A stretch of DNA of 64,000 nucleotides from Chitinophagales bacterium. Its GTDB lineage: Bacteria > Bacteroidota > Bacteroidia > Chitinophagales > UBA8649. Under the pieces are notes generated by a model, which saw nothing but the letters and a program-made list of their open reading frames with translations, was not told the origin of the DNA and made no database searches. The DNA is taken from NCBI GenBank assembly GCA_020635995.1, contig JACJYS010000001.1:810477-874476 (forward strand). The letters run 5' to 3'. A program made the translations under genes and the position numbers. Positions 28,801-38,561 of the stretch are shown here, in pieces (the stretch's first letter is position 1; each line of letters opens with the position of its first letter).

Positions 28801-31342
28801 TATCAAACCACATAGAGTATTCAGCAGCTCCGCCAGATAGAATATCAAAACTATGACTTCCAGCACTCATTGTTATTGTAAAACAATATTGAGTCCAAGC
28901 AGTGTTTGTAGGAACAAGAACATTATTCCCAACTCTTACTCCATCTACACCTAAACTAAAATATGCATTAGCAGTATTTTGTCCAGGTGCACCACTACCT
29001 TGAGGACCTGAATAATCAACACATATTTCAACAGTTTCACCACCAATAAAACTGTAACTTGGTGTTGAAATTATATTGTCTCCTCCTGCATAAAAGTAAA
29101 CATATCCATTTCCACCACTTGCACCTAATGAATTTGTATAATTTGTAGAACTGGCTATACAACCCCTGTTTCCAGCTGCATAAACTGGATGAATTCCGTC
29201 AAAAACTTGTCCAGCATCATTTCCACAAGTAAAACCAGTTGGGCAATCACAACTTCCGCCTGGTCCTTGTTCAAAATCATAATTAGAGTTTAGAATTGTT
29301 GAAGTTGAAGATTCTACTAATACTGAATAATTGCCACTACATAAATTTGATATTGAATTACTATTTGAACCTATAATATTGTTCAATTCATCATACCAAG
29401 TATAAGTAAGTCCTACAGAAGATGGATAAACTTGAATTCCACCATTACATGAATCATGACAAGTTGGGTTATAAGAAACCACTGAATCTATCACTAAACC
29501 AGAAGCTTGGTTTAATGTTATAACTGTATCTTTAGAGCAAGCCTGTGTTACATCTGTAACGGTTAAATTATAAGTGCCGGCAGCTATGTTGTTTAAATCT
29601 TGATTGCTTCCTTGTCCACTTGTCCAGTTGTAAGTATAGTTTCCCGAACCATTTGTAATGCTAATATCTATAGCTCCATTACTTGCTCCACAAGTAGGTT
29701 GCGTTACTACTGCTCCTATATTAAAATTGCAACAGTTGTTATCTATAGTAATGGTTACATCATCAGAAGCACTTGTACATCCTGCTGTATCAGCTACATT
29801 TAGGGTATATGTAGATGTAGCCGTAGGGCAAACAGTAGGATTTAGCGATGTTGAGTTTGTCATATTAGTAGTAGGCGACCAAGTGTAATTTCCTGTATAA
29901 GAAATTTCGGGGTCGTCAAAAGTAATAGACCAACCGGAAAGTGTTCCTAAACCAAAACCAATACCACTTCCTCCATCAAATTCTAAAGTCCAAACACCTT
30001 CTGTAGAGCAACCGTCTAATACTGAAAAAGGCTCATTTGGATTCCAAGTTCCGGAAGTAGGGAAAGTTCCTGAATTTATATTTGCTCCACCGGAAGGAAC
30101 AAAACAAACACTATTATATCCTTGTGTAGCAACACCTGCCGGCACAAGGGTTATGGTACAGTTGTCGGGAGTAGTAACTGTTAAAGTAAAGCTACTTACA
30201 TCTAAATTACACATATCTCCAAAACTAATAGGAGTTCCGTTACAATTGCAACCATTTAAAAAATCTGTACACAATTGAGAACCACTAAAATCAAATGAAT
30301 TTACACATATTTCAGTTATTAATCCGGGTGTAATTGTTTGTGCGTTCATACCTTGTACATTTACATTTACAGATGCAGAACCGGTTGCTACTACGGCAAA
30401 ATCATTGTTTTCAAACTGTCTAACTGCTGCGGGATTTTTAATTACCGTAGCTTCTCCTACTAAATCTACACATTCTCCTGCACATATTGTTTGAGCTGTA
30501 TCGGCAGTAACTCTAAATGTGGGTGGCGATACATTTACCGTTACTTGATCGGTACAAGTGGTAGTGCCATTTGACATGGTTACGGTATAAGTAGTAGTAG
30601 TTTGTGGGCAAACAGGTGTAGGATTAGTACCTCCACTATTGCCTACTCCATAAGAATAACCATCATGTTGCCATACAATTTCATAAGTTGCATCATTAAA
30701 ATAAATATCTACGTTGTCTAAACCCCAGTGGTCATATTCTGCACCTGAGTCATTATCTTGAAACCAACGGAATTGAGTATTGTTGGTTAATCCGCCAGCC
30801 GGAACAGCAAAACACCATGTATTCCAGTTTATTAATGACGGGTCATTTCCCCCATTAGGATCAAAATAATTAATATCCGTCCAAGTAGTTCCTCCGTCTA
30901 TTGAATATTGAATGGCTACTCCTTCGTCTGGCTCATCCGGTCCTTCGCAAGGCGTAGCATTTCCTTGTTCTGCAAAAACCATATCAAAACAAATAGTAGC
31001 ACCGGCTACGGCAGCAGTAAAATCGTAAGCAGTTGTGGTTAATATTCTGGGTACACTTGCTGCATCACCCATCCATAAGTATTGTGTGCCGCTGGGGTGT
31101 GGATTACAAAGCGTAGAGGTAATAGTTGCTTGTGAAGTGGATTGCCACCCTGTAGGTGCACCACTATTAAAATCTTCGGTAAAAACAGAAAGTCCCTGTC
31201 CTTGTCCAAAAGCTGTAAGCTGTGTACAATCTCCACAAACTATATCTGCGGGTAAAACGGTAGCAGTAAGTTCGCATTGAGCATATATTTCAGCATAAAA
31301 AAAGAATAAAGAACAAAGGAATGCAGTAAATTTTAATTTCAT
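25853..31342 (-). CDS. giant cell-surface adhesin with SprB repeats and gliding-motility (T9SS type B) C-terminal sorting domain
   Basis: 1829 aa with a signal peptide. There are at least 7 tandem 77-aa CGNxDGxITITASGGTAPLxYSIDG repeats plus more degenerate ones, and a P-domain-like segment. The C-terminus YFIPNAFTPSG...FNRWGEKIF...WDGTYKGK...GVYNYYIKI matches the CHU_C/type-B sorting domain. Confidence 0.85.
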   Translation of the reverse strand: MKLKFTAFLCSLFFFYAEIYAQCELTATVLPADIVCGDCTQLTAFGQGQGLSVFTEDFNSGAPTGWQSTSQATITSTLCNPHPSGTQYLWMGDAASVPRILTTTAYDFTAAVAGATICFDMVFAEQGNATPCEGPDEPDEGVAIQYSIDGGTTWTDINYFDPNGGNDPSLINWNTWCFAVPAGGLTNNTQFRWFQDNDSGAEYDHWGLDNVDIYFNDATYEIVWQHDGYSYGVGNSGGTNPTPVCPQTTTTYTVTMSNGTTTCTDQVTVNVSPPTFRVTADTAQTICAGECVDLVGEATVIKNPAAVRQFENNDFAVVATGSASVNVNVQGMNAQTITPGLITEICVNSFDFSGSQLCTDFLNGCNCNGTPISFGDMCNLDVSSFTLTVTTPDNCTITLVPAGVATQGYNSVCFVPSGGANINSGTFPTSGTWNPNEPFSVLDGCSTEGVWTLEFDGGSGIGFGLGTLSGWSITFDDPEISYTGNYTWSPTTNMTNSTSLNPTVCPTATSTYTLNVADTAGCTSASDDVTITIDNNCCNFNIGAVVTQPTCGASNGAIDISITNGSGNYTYNWTSGQGSNQDLNNIAAGTYNLTVTDVTQACSKDTVITLNQASGLVIDSVVSYNPTCHDSCNGGIQVYPSSVGLTYTWYDELNNIIGSNSNSISNLCSGNYSVLVESSTSTILNSNYDFEQGPGGSCDCPTGFTCGNDAGQVFDGIHPVYAAGNRGCIASSTNYTNSLGASGGNGYVYFYAGGDNIISTPSYSFIGGETVEICVDYSGPQGSGAPGQNTANAYFSLGVDGVRVGNNVLVPTNTAWTQYCFTITMSAGSHSFDILSGGAAEYSMWFDNFTVTIINSGSTCQQTFEDTLINPTQTDASFNFNDFCYGTINGPTNITTVGGIFTFNPIPSDGASINSTTGEISNEVSGTTYSIEYSLLGTCPASSIETVSVNGSSINAISTTPASCGNADGTITITASGGTAPLQYSIDGSTYQASNVFSNQSAGSYTVYVRDTNLCVDDSTTTISNAGGAIITDVTNTPTSCGNNDGTITITASGGTAPLQYSIDGTTYQASNVFSNQSAGSYTVYVRDANLCVDDSTTTISNTGGAIITDVTNTPATCGNNDGTITITASGGTAPLQYSIDGTTYQASNVFSNQGAGSYTVYVRDANLCVDDSTATISNANGPTISNVATVNTSCGNTNGTITITATGGTAPLTYSIDGGTTTQSSGSFTGLTAGTYNIVVNDANNCPATATANISSSSSPTISNVTTTDATCGNADGSITITASGGTAPLSYSIDGGSTFQTSNIFNTEPSGSYSIVVEDASGCSDNSTAQINNIGGPAISNVATVNTSCGNANGTITITASGGVAPLTYSIDGGTTTQSSGSFTGLTAGTYNIVVNDANNCSTNTTAQIASSTNPSITDITATDENCNSADGSITITAIDGTTPLSYSIDGGANFQSSNVFDNLSQGSYNIVVQDNAGCSTNGTAQINNQSGVDSLLANVSDVLCFGEESGSVQLSAYNGATPYTYFLVNNNTLQNSTGLFSNLPAGDYATWVQDANGCEHTLVVQIAEPTELMLSDSVINPSCFGNDNGQVILTATGGTVNSTSTPYIYTLGSTTNSNGIFLNIAEGNYVASVTDVNGCETSIQVQLNDPDPVFVEINPGDTSITLGQTFTMSANMTSASGTVYQYEWSPAEGLSCTDCAEPFVNTYQSTEYALVFTDENGCQAYADIYVEVLNPNQYFIPNAFTPSGFDNTNNTFKVYGNHIKYIDMMVFNRWGEKIFESSSIDPEWDGTYKGKDQNPGVYNYYIKITFLNDDVVSDKGSITLLR
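26880..28470 (-). repeat. coding tandem repeat array, 231-237-bp period, 7 units
   Basis: The YSIDG codon block (CCGTCTATACTAT) recurs at about 28381, 28150, 27919, 27688, 27457, 27220 and 26986. The units at 27850-28470 are near-identical to each other. The units at about 27110-27330 and 27570-27800 are also near-identical to each other. Confidence 0.85.
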
Positions 31343-31402
31343 TTTATTGGTTTTAGTAAAAAACGTGCTAAAGTTAATAAAATATTAAATTAAATTATAG
31401 TT

Positions 31403-34400
31403 TTAGTTAACAGAATCTATTTTATTTTTAAATAAAAATTCGTCTTTCTTAATTTTTAGGTCTTTAAAATTGTCAAATTCCCTTCTAAAAGACAAGCCTA
31501 TGCCAGCTCTGGTGGTATTGGTTTGATAAAAATAATCGTAGTCTGTAATAGTAAAAGTTTTTATTCTAAACCTCTTATTTTTTGTTAATGCATATTCTAT
31601 ACTTGCATTTCCACCTAAATAAGTAGTATTTGTATTGTTGGTTCCTAATTGGTTTTGTCCAAAATCTAAATTCCCTCCTACATTTATAATAATTCTATCT
31701 TGCAAAAATCGGGTGGTTAATGCCAGTTGTAATTCTCTTCGTAATGCTAAATCTTCAATATTGCCTTGAGGTGCTAAATTTTGCTCATAGTTTCTATAGT
31801 TTAAGTTAAAACTAACATTATCAGAAAAATTGGATAGCCAGTCGTTTAAATATCTTGAAATTTGATTAGATAAAAATTCACTAACTGTGTTGGCAGCATC
31901 ATTTACGTTTAAGTTAAAACCATTGGTTATTTGGTCTAAACTACTTAGTGGTGGCAAAAATTGATTTAATACTAACAAACCAAAAACTTGTCGGTTCATT
32001 TCATTTTCATACTGTTGAAGCGTTATTAATTTTCTATCGGTATAATTTTTTAGTGTAGGGCTTACCTGCGATAATTCTATATCAAAATCAATATTGGGAG
32101 CATAAAGTTTATCGGATAGCTTAAGCAATAAACTGACAGGTATTCTGTTTTTTGCATCTGAAGATAGTTGGTCGTCTATAGTAGTAGAAGCTTTTAAATA
32201 ATCTTCTATCAATGGCTCCGGAGCTGCTCGCAAATTATAGCTGGCATCAACATCTACTATGGTTTCTTCTATATCTCCTTGAAAACTAAGTGTGCTTCCC
32301 GGCTGAATTCTAAATTTCTTATTTACAATATTTTGTAAGGTAAATAAATAATCTCCATCGGCTATTAAATATCTTCCATAAAACTGTACATCACCTTCTT
32401 TTGGTACATTAATTTTTACATTTCCATCTCCTACTACTTGCAGTATATCACCCGATGTTTGGTCTAAAATAATAAATAATTCACAATCTTGATCTACCGT
32501 TAAATCCAAATTTACAGTAAGCCCATTTACTTTAAATTTTTCTTTATATTTATCTAAATATTTATTGTTTTCTGAGGTATCTTTTTTTACAAAAGTGTAA
32601 AACTCATAGTTGCTTATACTTCCTTCTTCGTCAAGAGGAATATAAATTTCCGTTTTAGATTCACTTTCTCCTTTTATATTTATGGTAATATCGTTTGTGT
32701 AGCCTTTAAAACTAACATCTCCTTTCATATATGCTGTGCCATAAAAATCTTTATTGTCATCATAAGTGGTATTTAAACCCTGCAATTTTGGCGTAGTTAC
32801 ATCTATATCTAATGCAAAATCTTTTAAATGGTTGTGCAGCACCCAACCTCTGCCATAGGCTTCATTTCCATCTTCATCTGTTACCCTTATTGCATCACCA
32901 AGATAAATTCCTTTTTTATTAAACTCTACTCTGTGGTTTTTTATATTGTATGTAGTTTGCAAGTAGCTAACAGTTGTAGTTACATCATTTATGTTTAAGT
33001 ATCCAAGTAAATCTAATTTGTTTTTATAACCTACAAGTTTTAATTTCCCTGTTACAGTTCCTTTGGTATTATCTATATATTCTTGTATAAAATCTTCTAC
33101 GGTATAAATAGCAAGATTTTTAATGTCAAAGTTTATATCTACATCTTTATTGGTAGCATTTTTAGCAAAAGAATAGGTGCCGTTTATATCTACTTCATTA
33201 TCGTTGCCAAATAAGTTGGCATTAATTTTTACTTTATTGTTAGGCAAATCTAAATTGGCATTAGCATTCAAATTGCCTATTTTGTATTCGTTTACTTTAA
33301 TGTTTTCAACCATTATGTTTCCAAAAACACCGGGTTTTTCGCCCGAAACATCTACACCTACTTTTCCGTTTACTACACCTTTTAAATTTATATTTTTTGC
33401 TTTTAAAAATTGTGTAAAATCCTCAACCATTATGTTGTTTAAAAGTACATCGGCTTTTTTATTTTCTATGCCTAAATCTAAATTGATAAGCAGTTCAGAA
33501 ACTCCGTTGTAAATTCTTAAATTTTTAGATTCTATTTTCTCACTAATATTTATTTCGTTGTCTTCATCTATTACCCAAAATTGATTGTTTATCAATAAGT
33601 TAGAAGGCTCAAAAGCTATTTTAAGTCTTTTATTTTTGGTAATTAATTTGGCTAATAATTCTACAGAAGTATTTTTTATTCCGTTGCCATAAAGTTTTAA
33701 ATCTAAGTAATTCCTTGGGCCGTTTATAAGTAAACTAACATCTTTAACTATTACGCTATCTTTTAAATAAATAGTTGGTACTGAATTTATTACGTCATAA
33801 TTTCCATCAGCTATAAATATGTTTGAGTTGTAGTCTATTATACTTAGAGTTTTATATTTTAAAACAGGTACTTTTATTTTTGCTAATAAACTATTGGTGT
33901 TTGAATTTAGATTTCCTCCTATTTCACTTTTCTCTAAAATTTTAATATCGGGATTTAACAGACTCAAAAGCTCAGGATTTTCTTTAATTTCTATATCAAA
34001 TTTTATTATTTGGTCTGCTACTTTCTCTTTAAAGTTGGTTAGTAAAACAGATTTAAAAGCATCGGGAATTTTTTGCAATTCAAAATTTCCTTGAATAAAG
34101 GCATTAACTTGGTCTGAAACTAGGGTAATTTTCTTTTCTCCATTTACAAGCATTCTACTACTCAAATCTATATGAGCTAAATTGTATTCTTTATCTCTCG
34201 TAGCTATTTTTAGGTTATCAATATTCAAATCGCCAACTACGTCATTTATGTTGGTAGCCATAAAATTGGCATCTACTTCTCCAGAAAAGATTGCTTCTTT
34301 GTTCCAAAGGTTAAGTTTTTGTGGATTAATATGTTTTACATCGGCATTAAATGCAAAAGCAAAAGGTTTTGAATTGGTATTTACCTTTCCGTTAAAATCT

Positions 34401-36166
34401 ACTTTTAAATTTTCGTCATCTATACTTAAATCACCCTCAAAAAATTTATTTTTAACCTGCCCGTTTATGTCTATGTTTTTATAGGAATAGTTTTTAAAGT
34501 TTATTTCTTGAACTTCTCCGTCTAAGTTTACATCTAAATTTTCTAAACTAACGCCTTCGCCTGTTCCGTTTACATTCATGGTAACATTGCCAAATAATTG
34601 CTCATTATTAAAGAATTTGCCCAAATCAAACTGTTTAAAAGCTATAATTCCCGAGTATTTTGGAATATTATCATCGCTTATTTTAAAATTCAAATCGGTA
34701 GTAGCTCGTCCTACGGCTGTAATGAAATTTCCATTCATTACAAAATCTTTAATAAACCCGTCAAAACGACCGTCAAATTTCACTTGCCCTAATGATTTTA
34801 AGTTTTCCGGAATTTTTAAATTTGGTGCCAACTTTTGTAAATCGCTGTAATCTATGCTTAATCTTGAAACCTTACCGCTTATAAATGTTTCATTAATATT
34901 GGGCAGTCCGTTCATGGAAAATTCACCATTAAAAATAACATTGCTTGCCGTTTGAAAACTTAAATTTTTTGAGTTGAAATTTTTTACTTTACCATAAATT
35001 TCGCCACTTAATTTAATGGGATATCTTACCCTAAATTTTGAAGTATTTACAAAATAATTAATATCGTTAGGGTGTATGGTTGAAGGCTTTAAGTTAAAAT
35101 CAATGTTAATGTTATTGATAAAATTATTGAAATCAACCAAAGAATCATATCGCAAACTTGCATCCGCCAGTATTTTACTTTTATTGGTTTGTAGTTCAAA
35201 ATCATTTAGCTTAATAGCCGCATTGCCAAACTGCACTACAGTGCTTAAATTATCTATCCAAAATTTGTCATTTTCGTTTAAACTTAAGCTATTAATATTG
35301 GCAGAAAGGCTGTCTTTGCCTACTTCTACTTTTTTAGCCAATAAATTTATGTTGTTAAGTTTTAGATTATTTGGGTTAAAGTCAGCGGCAAAAGTGTCTG
35401 TTGCAAGGTTATTTTTTAACGTAAAAAAGCCGTTGGTAAGGTTAACATTGCCACTTATTATTTTAACAGGCAGATAAAACCCTTTGTGCGTATCTTTTTT
35501 CTTTTTATCGGGATTAGCGGGGTTTAAACTTAAAGCTACATTTGGATTATTAACTATTAAATTTTCAAGCAAAATTAGGTCATTGCCCAATTTAAACATA
35601 TCAAAATCTAAATTTACGGTATCGGCTAAAGCTGTTAATTTAAGTCCGCCATATTCATCATTATAATTAACTTTTGTGTTATAAAAATTAGTGTTTCTAA
35701 CTATAATATCCCACGGAATAGTGGCAGTTGAATTAGTTGTTTTTTTATTATCTCCGCTTAGTTTAATGTAGTTAATATTAAATAAACTATCGTTGTACGC
35801 TCTATTTATGTTTAAGTAAAATTCATTAGCCTCTACGTTTTTTAAGGTTATTTTCTTTTGCAAAAACGAAAAATAGCTAAAATTAGCTTGTAAATCTCCT
35901 AAGTAAAAAATAGTGTCATTTTTGGTATCTTTGGCATAGAGTTTATGTAGCTCAATTTTATTAAAAAATTCAATATTTACATTATCTATTTCAATATCTA
36001 CGCCCAGTTGTTTAGAAATAGATTTAGTTATTTTTTGAACAATAAAGGTTTGTACTTTAGGTGTTCTGATAGCATAAAAGATTCCTAACAAAAATATAAT
36101 AAGCACTATGAAAAACAATAGTGTTACTTTTGCACTTGATTTTACTATTTTTTTTAAACTTGCCAA
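31403..36166 (-). CDS. tamB: TamB-like translocation and assembly module protein, paralog 2 (TTG start)
   Basis: 1587 aa with the same architecture as 54-4940: an N-terminal anchor, a long beta-rich body and a DUF490-like C-terminus (DRIIINVGGNLDFG...RIKTFTITDYD). It ends 60 bp upstream of the adhesin gene on the same strand. Confidence 0.75.
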   Translation of the reverse strand: MASLKKIVKSSAKVTLLFFIVLIIFLLGIFYAIRTPKVQTFIVQKITKSISKQLGVDIEIDNVNIEFFNKIELHKLYAKDTKNDTIFYLGDLQANFSYFSFLQKKITLKNVEANEFYLNINRAYNDSLFNINYIKLSGDNKKTTNSTATIPWDIIVRNTNFYNTKVNYNDEYGGLKLTALADTVNLDFDMFKLGNDLILLENLIVNNPNVALSLNPANPDKKKKDTHKGFYLPVKIISGNVNLTNGFFTLKNNLATDTFAADFNPNNLKLNNINLLAKKVEVGKDSLSANINSLSLNENDKFWIDNLSTVVQFGNAAIKLNDFELQTNKSKILADASLRYDSLVDFNNFINNINIDFNLKPSTIHPNDINYFVNTSKFRVRYPIKLSGEIYGKVKNFNSKNLSFQTASNVIFNGEFSMNGLPNINETFISGKVSRLSIDYSDLQKLAPNLKIPENLKSLGQVKFDGRFDGFIKDFVMNGNFITAVGRATTDLNFKISDDNIPKYSGIIAFKQFDLGKFFNNEQLFGNVTMNVNGTGEGVSLENLDVNLDGEVQEINFKNYSYKNIDINGQVKNKFFEGDLSIDDENLKVDFNGKVNTNSKPFAFAFNADVKHINPQKLNLWNKEAIFSGEVDANFMATNINDVVGDLNIDNLKIATRDKEYNLAHIDLSSRMLVNGEKKITLVSDQVNAFIQGNFELQKIPDAFKSVLLTNFKEKVADQIIKFDIEIKENPELLSLLNPDIKILEKSEIGGNLNSNTNSLLAKIKVPVLKYKTLSIIDYNSNIFIADGNYDVINSVPTIYLKDSVIVKDVSLLINGPRNYLDLKLYGNGIKNTSVELLAKLITKNKRLKIAFEPSNLLINNQFWVIDEDNEINISEKIESKNLRIYNGVSELLINLDLGIENKKADVLLNNIMVEDFTQFLKAKNINLKGVVNGKVGVDVSGEKPGVFGNIMVENIKVNEYKIGNLNANANLDLPNNKVKINANLFGNDNEVDINGTYSFAKNATNKDVDINFDIKNLAIYTVEDFIQEYIDNTKGTVTGKLKLVGYKNKLDLLGYLNINDVTTTVSYLQTTYNIKNHRVEFNKKGIYLGDAIRVTDEDGNEAYGRGWVLHNHLKDFALDIDVTTPKLQGLNTTYDDNKDFYGTAYMKGDVSFKGYTNDITINIKGESESKTEIYIPLDEEGSISNYEFYTFVKKDTSENNKYLDKYKEKFKVNGLTVNLDLTVDQDCELFIILDQTSGDILQVVGDGNVKINVPKEGDVQFYGRYLIADGDYLFTLQNIVNKKFRIQPGSTLSFQGDIEETIVDVDASYNLRAAPEPLIEDYLKASTTIDDQLSSDAKNRIPVSLLLKLSDKLYAPNIDFDIELSQVSPTLKNYTDRKLITLQQYENEMNRQVFGLLVLNQFLPPLSSLDQITNGFNLNVNDAANTVSEFLSNQISRYLNDWLSNFSDNVSFNLNYRNYEQNLAPQGNIEDLALRRELQLALTTRFLQDRIIINVGGNLDFGQNQLGTNNTNTTYLGGNASIEYALTKNKRFRIKTFTITDYDYFYQTNTTRAGIGLSFRREFDNFKDLKIKKDEFLFKNKIDSVN

Positions 36167-36190
36167 AATTATATAAACGCTTCAAAGATA

Positions 36191-37210
36191 ATGAATAGCA
36201 CGAAAGCAAAGAATATTACTTTACTTGCCATAGAATCATCTTGCGATGACACATCGGCTGCCGTAGTACAAAACGGCAAAGTGCTTGCCAATGTTATAGC
36301 CAGCCAAGCTATACACACTGAATGGGGCGGAGTAGTACCTGAATTGGCATCAAGGGCACACCAAGAAAACATAGTGCCGGTGGTAGATAGTGCCTTGAAA
36401 AAAGCAAATGTTAAAAAAGAAGAAATAACAGCAATAGCTTTTACGGGCGGACCTGGTTTGTTGGGTTCTTTATTGGTAGGTGTTAGTTTTGCAAAATCTA
36501 TGGCGTTTGCACTGGGCGTGCCTTGCGTGGCAGTGCACCACATGAAAGCCCACGTCTTGGCTCATTTTATAGATGAACCTAAGCCTCAGTTTCCATTTCT
36601 TTGTTTAACGGTATCGGGTGGGCATACGCAGATAGTTTTAGTGAAAGATTATACAAATATGGAGGTAATAGGCAGCACTATAGATGATGCTGCGGGTGAG
36701 GCTTTTGATAAATGTGCTAAAATGTTTGGACTTACTTATCCCGGAGGACCATTAATAGATAAATATGCTCAAAGAGGGAATGGTAAAGCATTCAAATTTA
36801 CAGAACCAAGGGTGGGAGCTTATAATTTTAGTTTTAGTGGTTTAAAAACGGCAGTGCTTTACTTTATAGAAAAGCAACAAAAAGAAAATCCTGATTTTGT
36901 AAGTGATAATTTGAATGATTTATGTGCTTCATTGCAATATACCATAGTGTCTATTTTGATGAAAAAATTATTAAAAGCTGCTAAAGATTTAGGCATTAAT
37001 CAACTGGCTATAGCTGGTGGCGTATCGGCTAATAGTTTACTAAGAAAAACACTAAAAGAACAAGAAAAGCACGGATATACTACTTTTATCCCCGATTTTC
37101 AATACTGCGTAGATAATGCCGGCATGATAGCCATAAGTGGTTATTATCAATATTTAGCTAATGACTTTGTAGGTTTAGATTTTGAACCTAAAGCGAGGTG
37201 GGAAATGTAA
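36191..37210 (+). CDS. tsaD: tRNA N6-adenosine threonylcarbamoyltransferase
   Basis: 339 aa. Motifs LLAIESSCDDTSAAVV, GVPCVAVHHMKAH and SGGHTQIV are the Kae1/TsaD signature. Confidence 0.95.
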   Translation: MNSTKAKNITLLAIESSCDDTSAAVVQNGKVLANVIASQAIHTEWGGVVPELASRAHQENIVPVVDSALKKANVKKEEITAIAFTGGPGLLGSLLVGVSFAKSMAFALGVPCVAVHHMKAHVLAHFIDEPKPQFPFLCLTVSGGHTQIVLVKDYTNMEVIGSTIDDAAGEAFDKCAKMFGLTYPGGPLIDKYAQRGNGKAFKFTEPRVGAYNFSFSGLKTAVLYFIEKQQKENPDFVSDNLNDLCASLQYTIVSILMKKLLKAAKDLGINQLAIAGGVSANSLLRKTLKEQEKHGYTTFIPDFQYCVDNAGMIAISGYYQYLANDFVGLDFEPKARWEM

Positions 37211-37295
37211 GGGTTTTTGCTTTTATTATACAAAATTTAGTTTTAACTTTGTATCGTTATTAATCATATCTTTTAATCTTTAAAAAGTTCATAGC

Positions 37296-38327
37296 ATGAA
37301 ACTGTGTAACCAAGTAGATAAAAGGGTGCTTAAAGAGCGTATAGCTAATAGTAATATAAAACGTACTACTATATCGTTTTATAAATATGCTAAAGTAGGC
37401 AACCCCCAAGTTTTTAGAGACCATCTCTATGTTAATTTTGAAAAATTAGGTGTTTTAGGAAGAATTTATGTAGCCCACGAGGGTATAAATGCTCAAATTT
37501 CTGTACCAACAGATAATTTGGAAGCATTCAGAGAGTTCCTTGATACTATTACGTTTTTGCAGGGAGTTAGGTTAAATATAGCCGTTCAAAATGCAGATGA
37601 TTCCTTTTATAAATTAGCCATAAAATATCGCCCTAAAATTTTAGCCGATGGCTTAGAAGATGAAACTTTTGATGTTACGGATAAAGGTTTGCACTTAAAT
37701 GCTGTAGATTTTAATAAAATTATTCAACAGGATAATACCGTGCTTATAGATATGCGAAACCACTACGAAACAGAGGTGGGGCATTTTAAAGGAGCTATTA
37801 CGCCCGATGTAGATAATTTTAGAGATTCGCTACCTTTTATAGAAGATACCTATTTAAAAGGCAATGAAAAGAAAAACGTGGTAATGTACTGCACGGGCGG
37901 TATCCGATGCGAAAAAGCAAGTGCATGGTTTAAACATTTGGGTTTTGATAATGTTTATCAGTTAGAAGGAGGCATTATTAAATACGCCCACCAAATAGAA
38001 GAGCAAGGCTTAGAAAATATGTTTGTTGGCAAAAACTTTGTTTTTGACGAAAGACTTGAAGAAAGAATAAGTGATGATATTATTGCTAACTGCCACACTT
38101 GTGGCGAGCCTTACGATATACACACCAATTGTGCTAATGTGGCTTGTAATGTTTTGTTTATTCAGTGCCCTAAATGCAAGGAAAAATTAGATAATTGTTG
38201 CTCTGAAGAGTGCAAAGAAATAAATGCACTACCAGAAGAAGAGCAAAGAGCATTACGTAAAGGCAAAAAAAGTAAACGTAATGTTTTTAAAAAAGGCAGA
38301 AGCGAGAAGCTGATTTATAAAAAGTAG
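37296..38327 (+). CDS. trhO: rhodanese-domain tRNA U34 hydroxylase TrhO (UPF0176/YceA family)
   Basis: 343 aa. It has the N-terminal UPF0176 fold, the rhodanese active-site loop YCTGGIRCEKAS and the Cys-rich C-terminal domain. Confidence 0.8.
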   Translation: MKLCNQVDKRVLKERIANSNIKRTTISFYKYAKVGNPQVFRDHLYVNFEKLGVLGRIYVAHEGINAQISVPTDNLEAFREFLDTITFLQGVRLNIAVQNADDSFYKLAIKYRPKILADGLEDETFDVTDKGLHLNAVDFNKIIQQDNTVLIDMRNHYETEVGHFKGAITPDVDNFRDSLPFIEDTYLKGNEKKNVVMYCTGGIRCEKASAWFKHLGFDNVYQLEGGIIKYAHQIEEQGLENMFVGKNFVFDERLEERISDDIIANCHTCGEPYDIHTNCANVACNVLFIQCPKCKEKLDNCCSEECKEINALPEEEQRALRKGKKSKRNVFKKGRSEKLIYKK

Positions 38328-38391
38328 CTTTTTAATGGTTAATTGTTAGTGGTTAATGCTTAATTTTTGATAACTGTGTAGTATATATTGT

Positions 38392-38418
38392 ACTATTATA
38401 TATTTCTAAACGGCATTA
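38392..38418 (+). repeat. short version of the TTGTACTA...CTAAACGGCATT repeat family
   Basis: 25/27 identical to 17098-17124. Confidence 0.7.
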
Positions 38419-38561
38419 AAAATAATATATCTTATGATATTCTTAAAGTTGTACTAAAGGGGAGCTTCGCACACATAGAAATTATATCTTTGCCCATAAC
38501 ACCACTTATAACGGTATAAAGCCATTGTTTTAATAACTATATAACAAAAATAATACTGCAA

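Noticed and set aside
27030-29888. Plus-strand ORFs of 67-120 aa (27030-27233, 27498-27860, 28425-28691, 29600-29888) antisense to the adhesin gene
   Set aside because: They lie inside the tandem repeats of a strongly supported minus-strand CDS and repeat with it. Their products are low-complexity V/P/L-rich and show no start context. They are typical antisense artefacts of biased codon usage.
36169-36543. 124-aa minus-strand ORF overlapping the 5' part of tsaD. Similar antisense ORFs occur at 5329-5709, 7884-8270, 8492-8788 and many inside the two tamB genes and the dcw genes.
   Set aside because: Each is fully embedded antisense or out of frame within a CDS carrying unmistakable family motifs, and none has a recognisable domain.
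37296-38327. The Cys-rich C-terminus of TrhO (CHTCGEPYD...CPKCKEKLDNCCSEEC), considered as a novel zinc-finger fusion
   Set aside because: A Cys-rich C-terminal extension is, as far as I recall, a normal part of many UPF0176/TrhO proteins.
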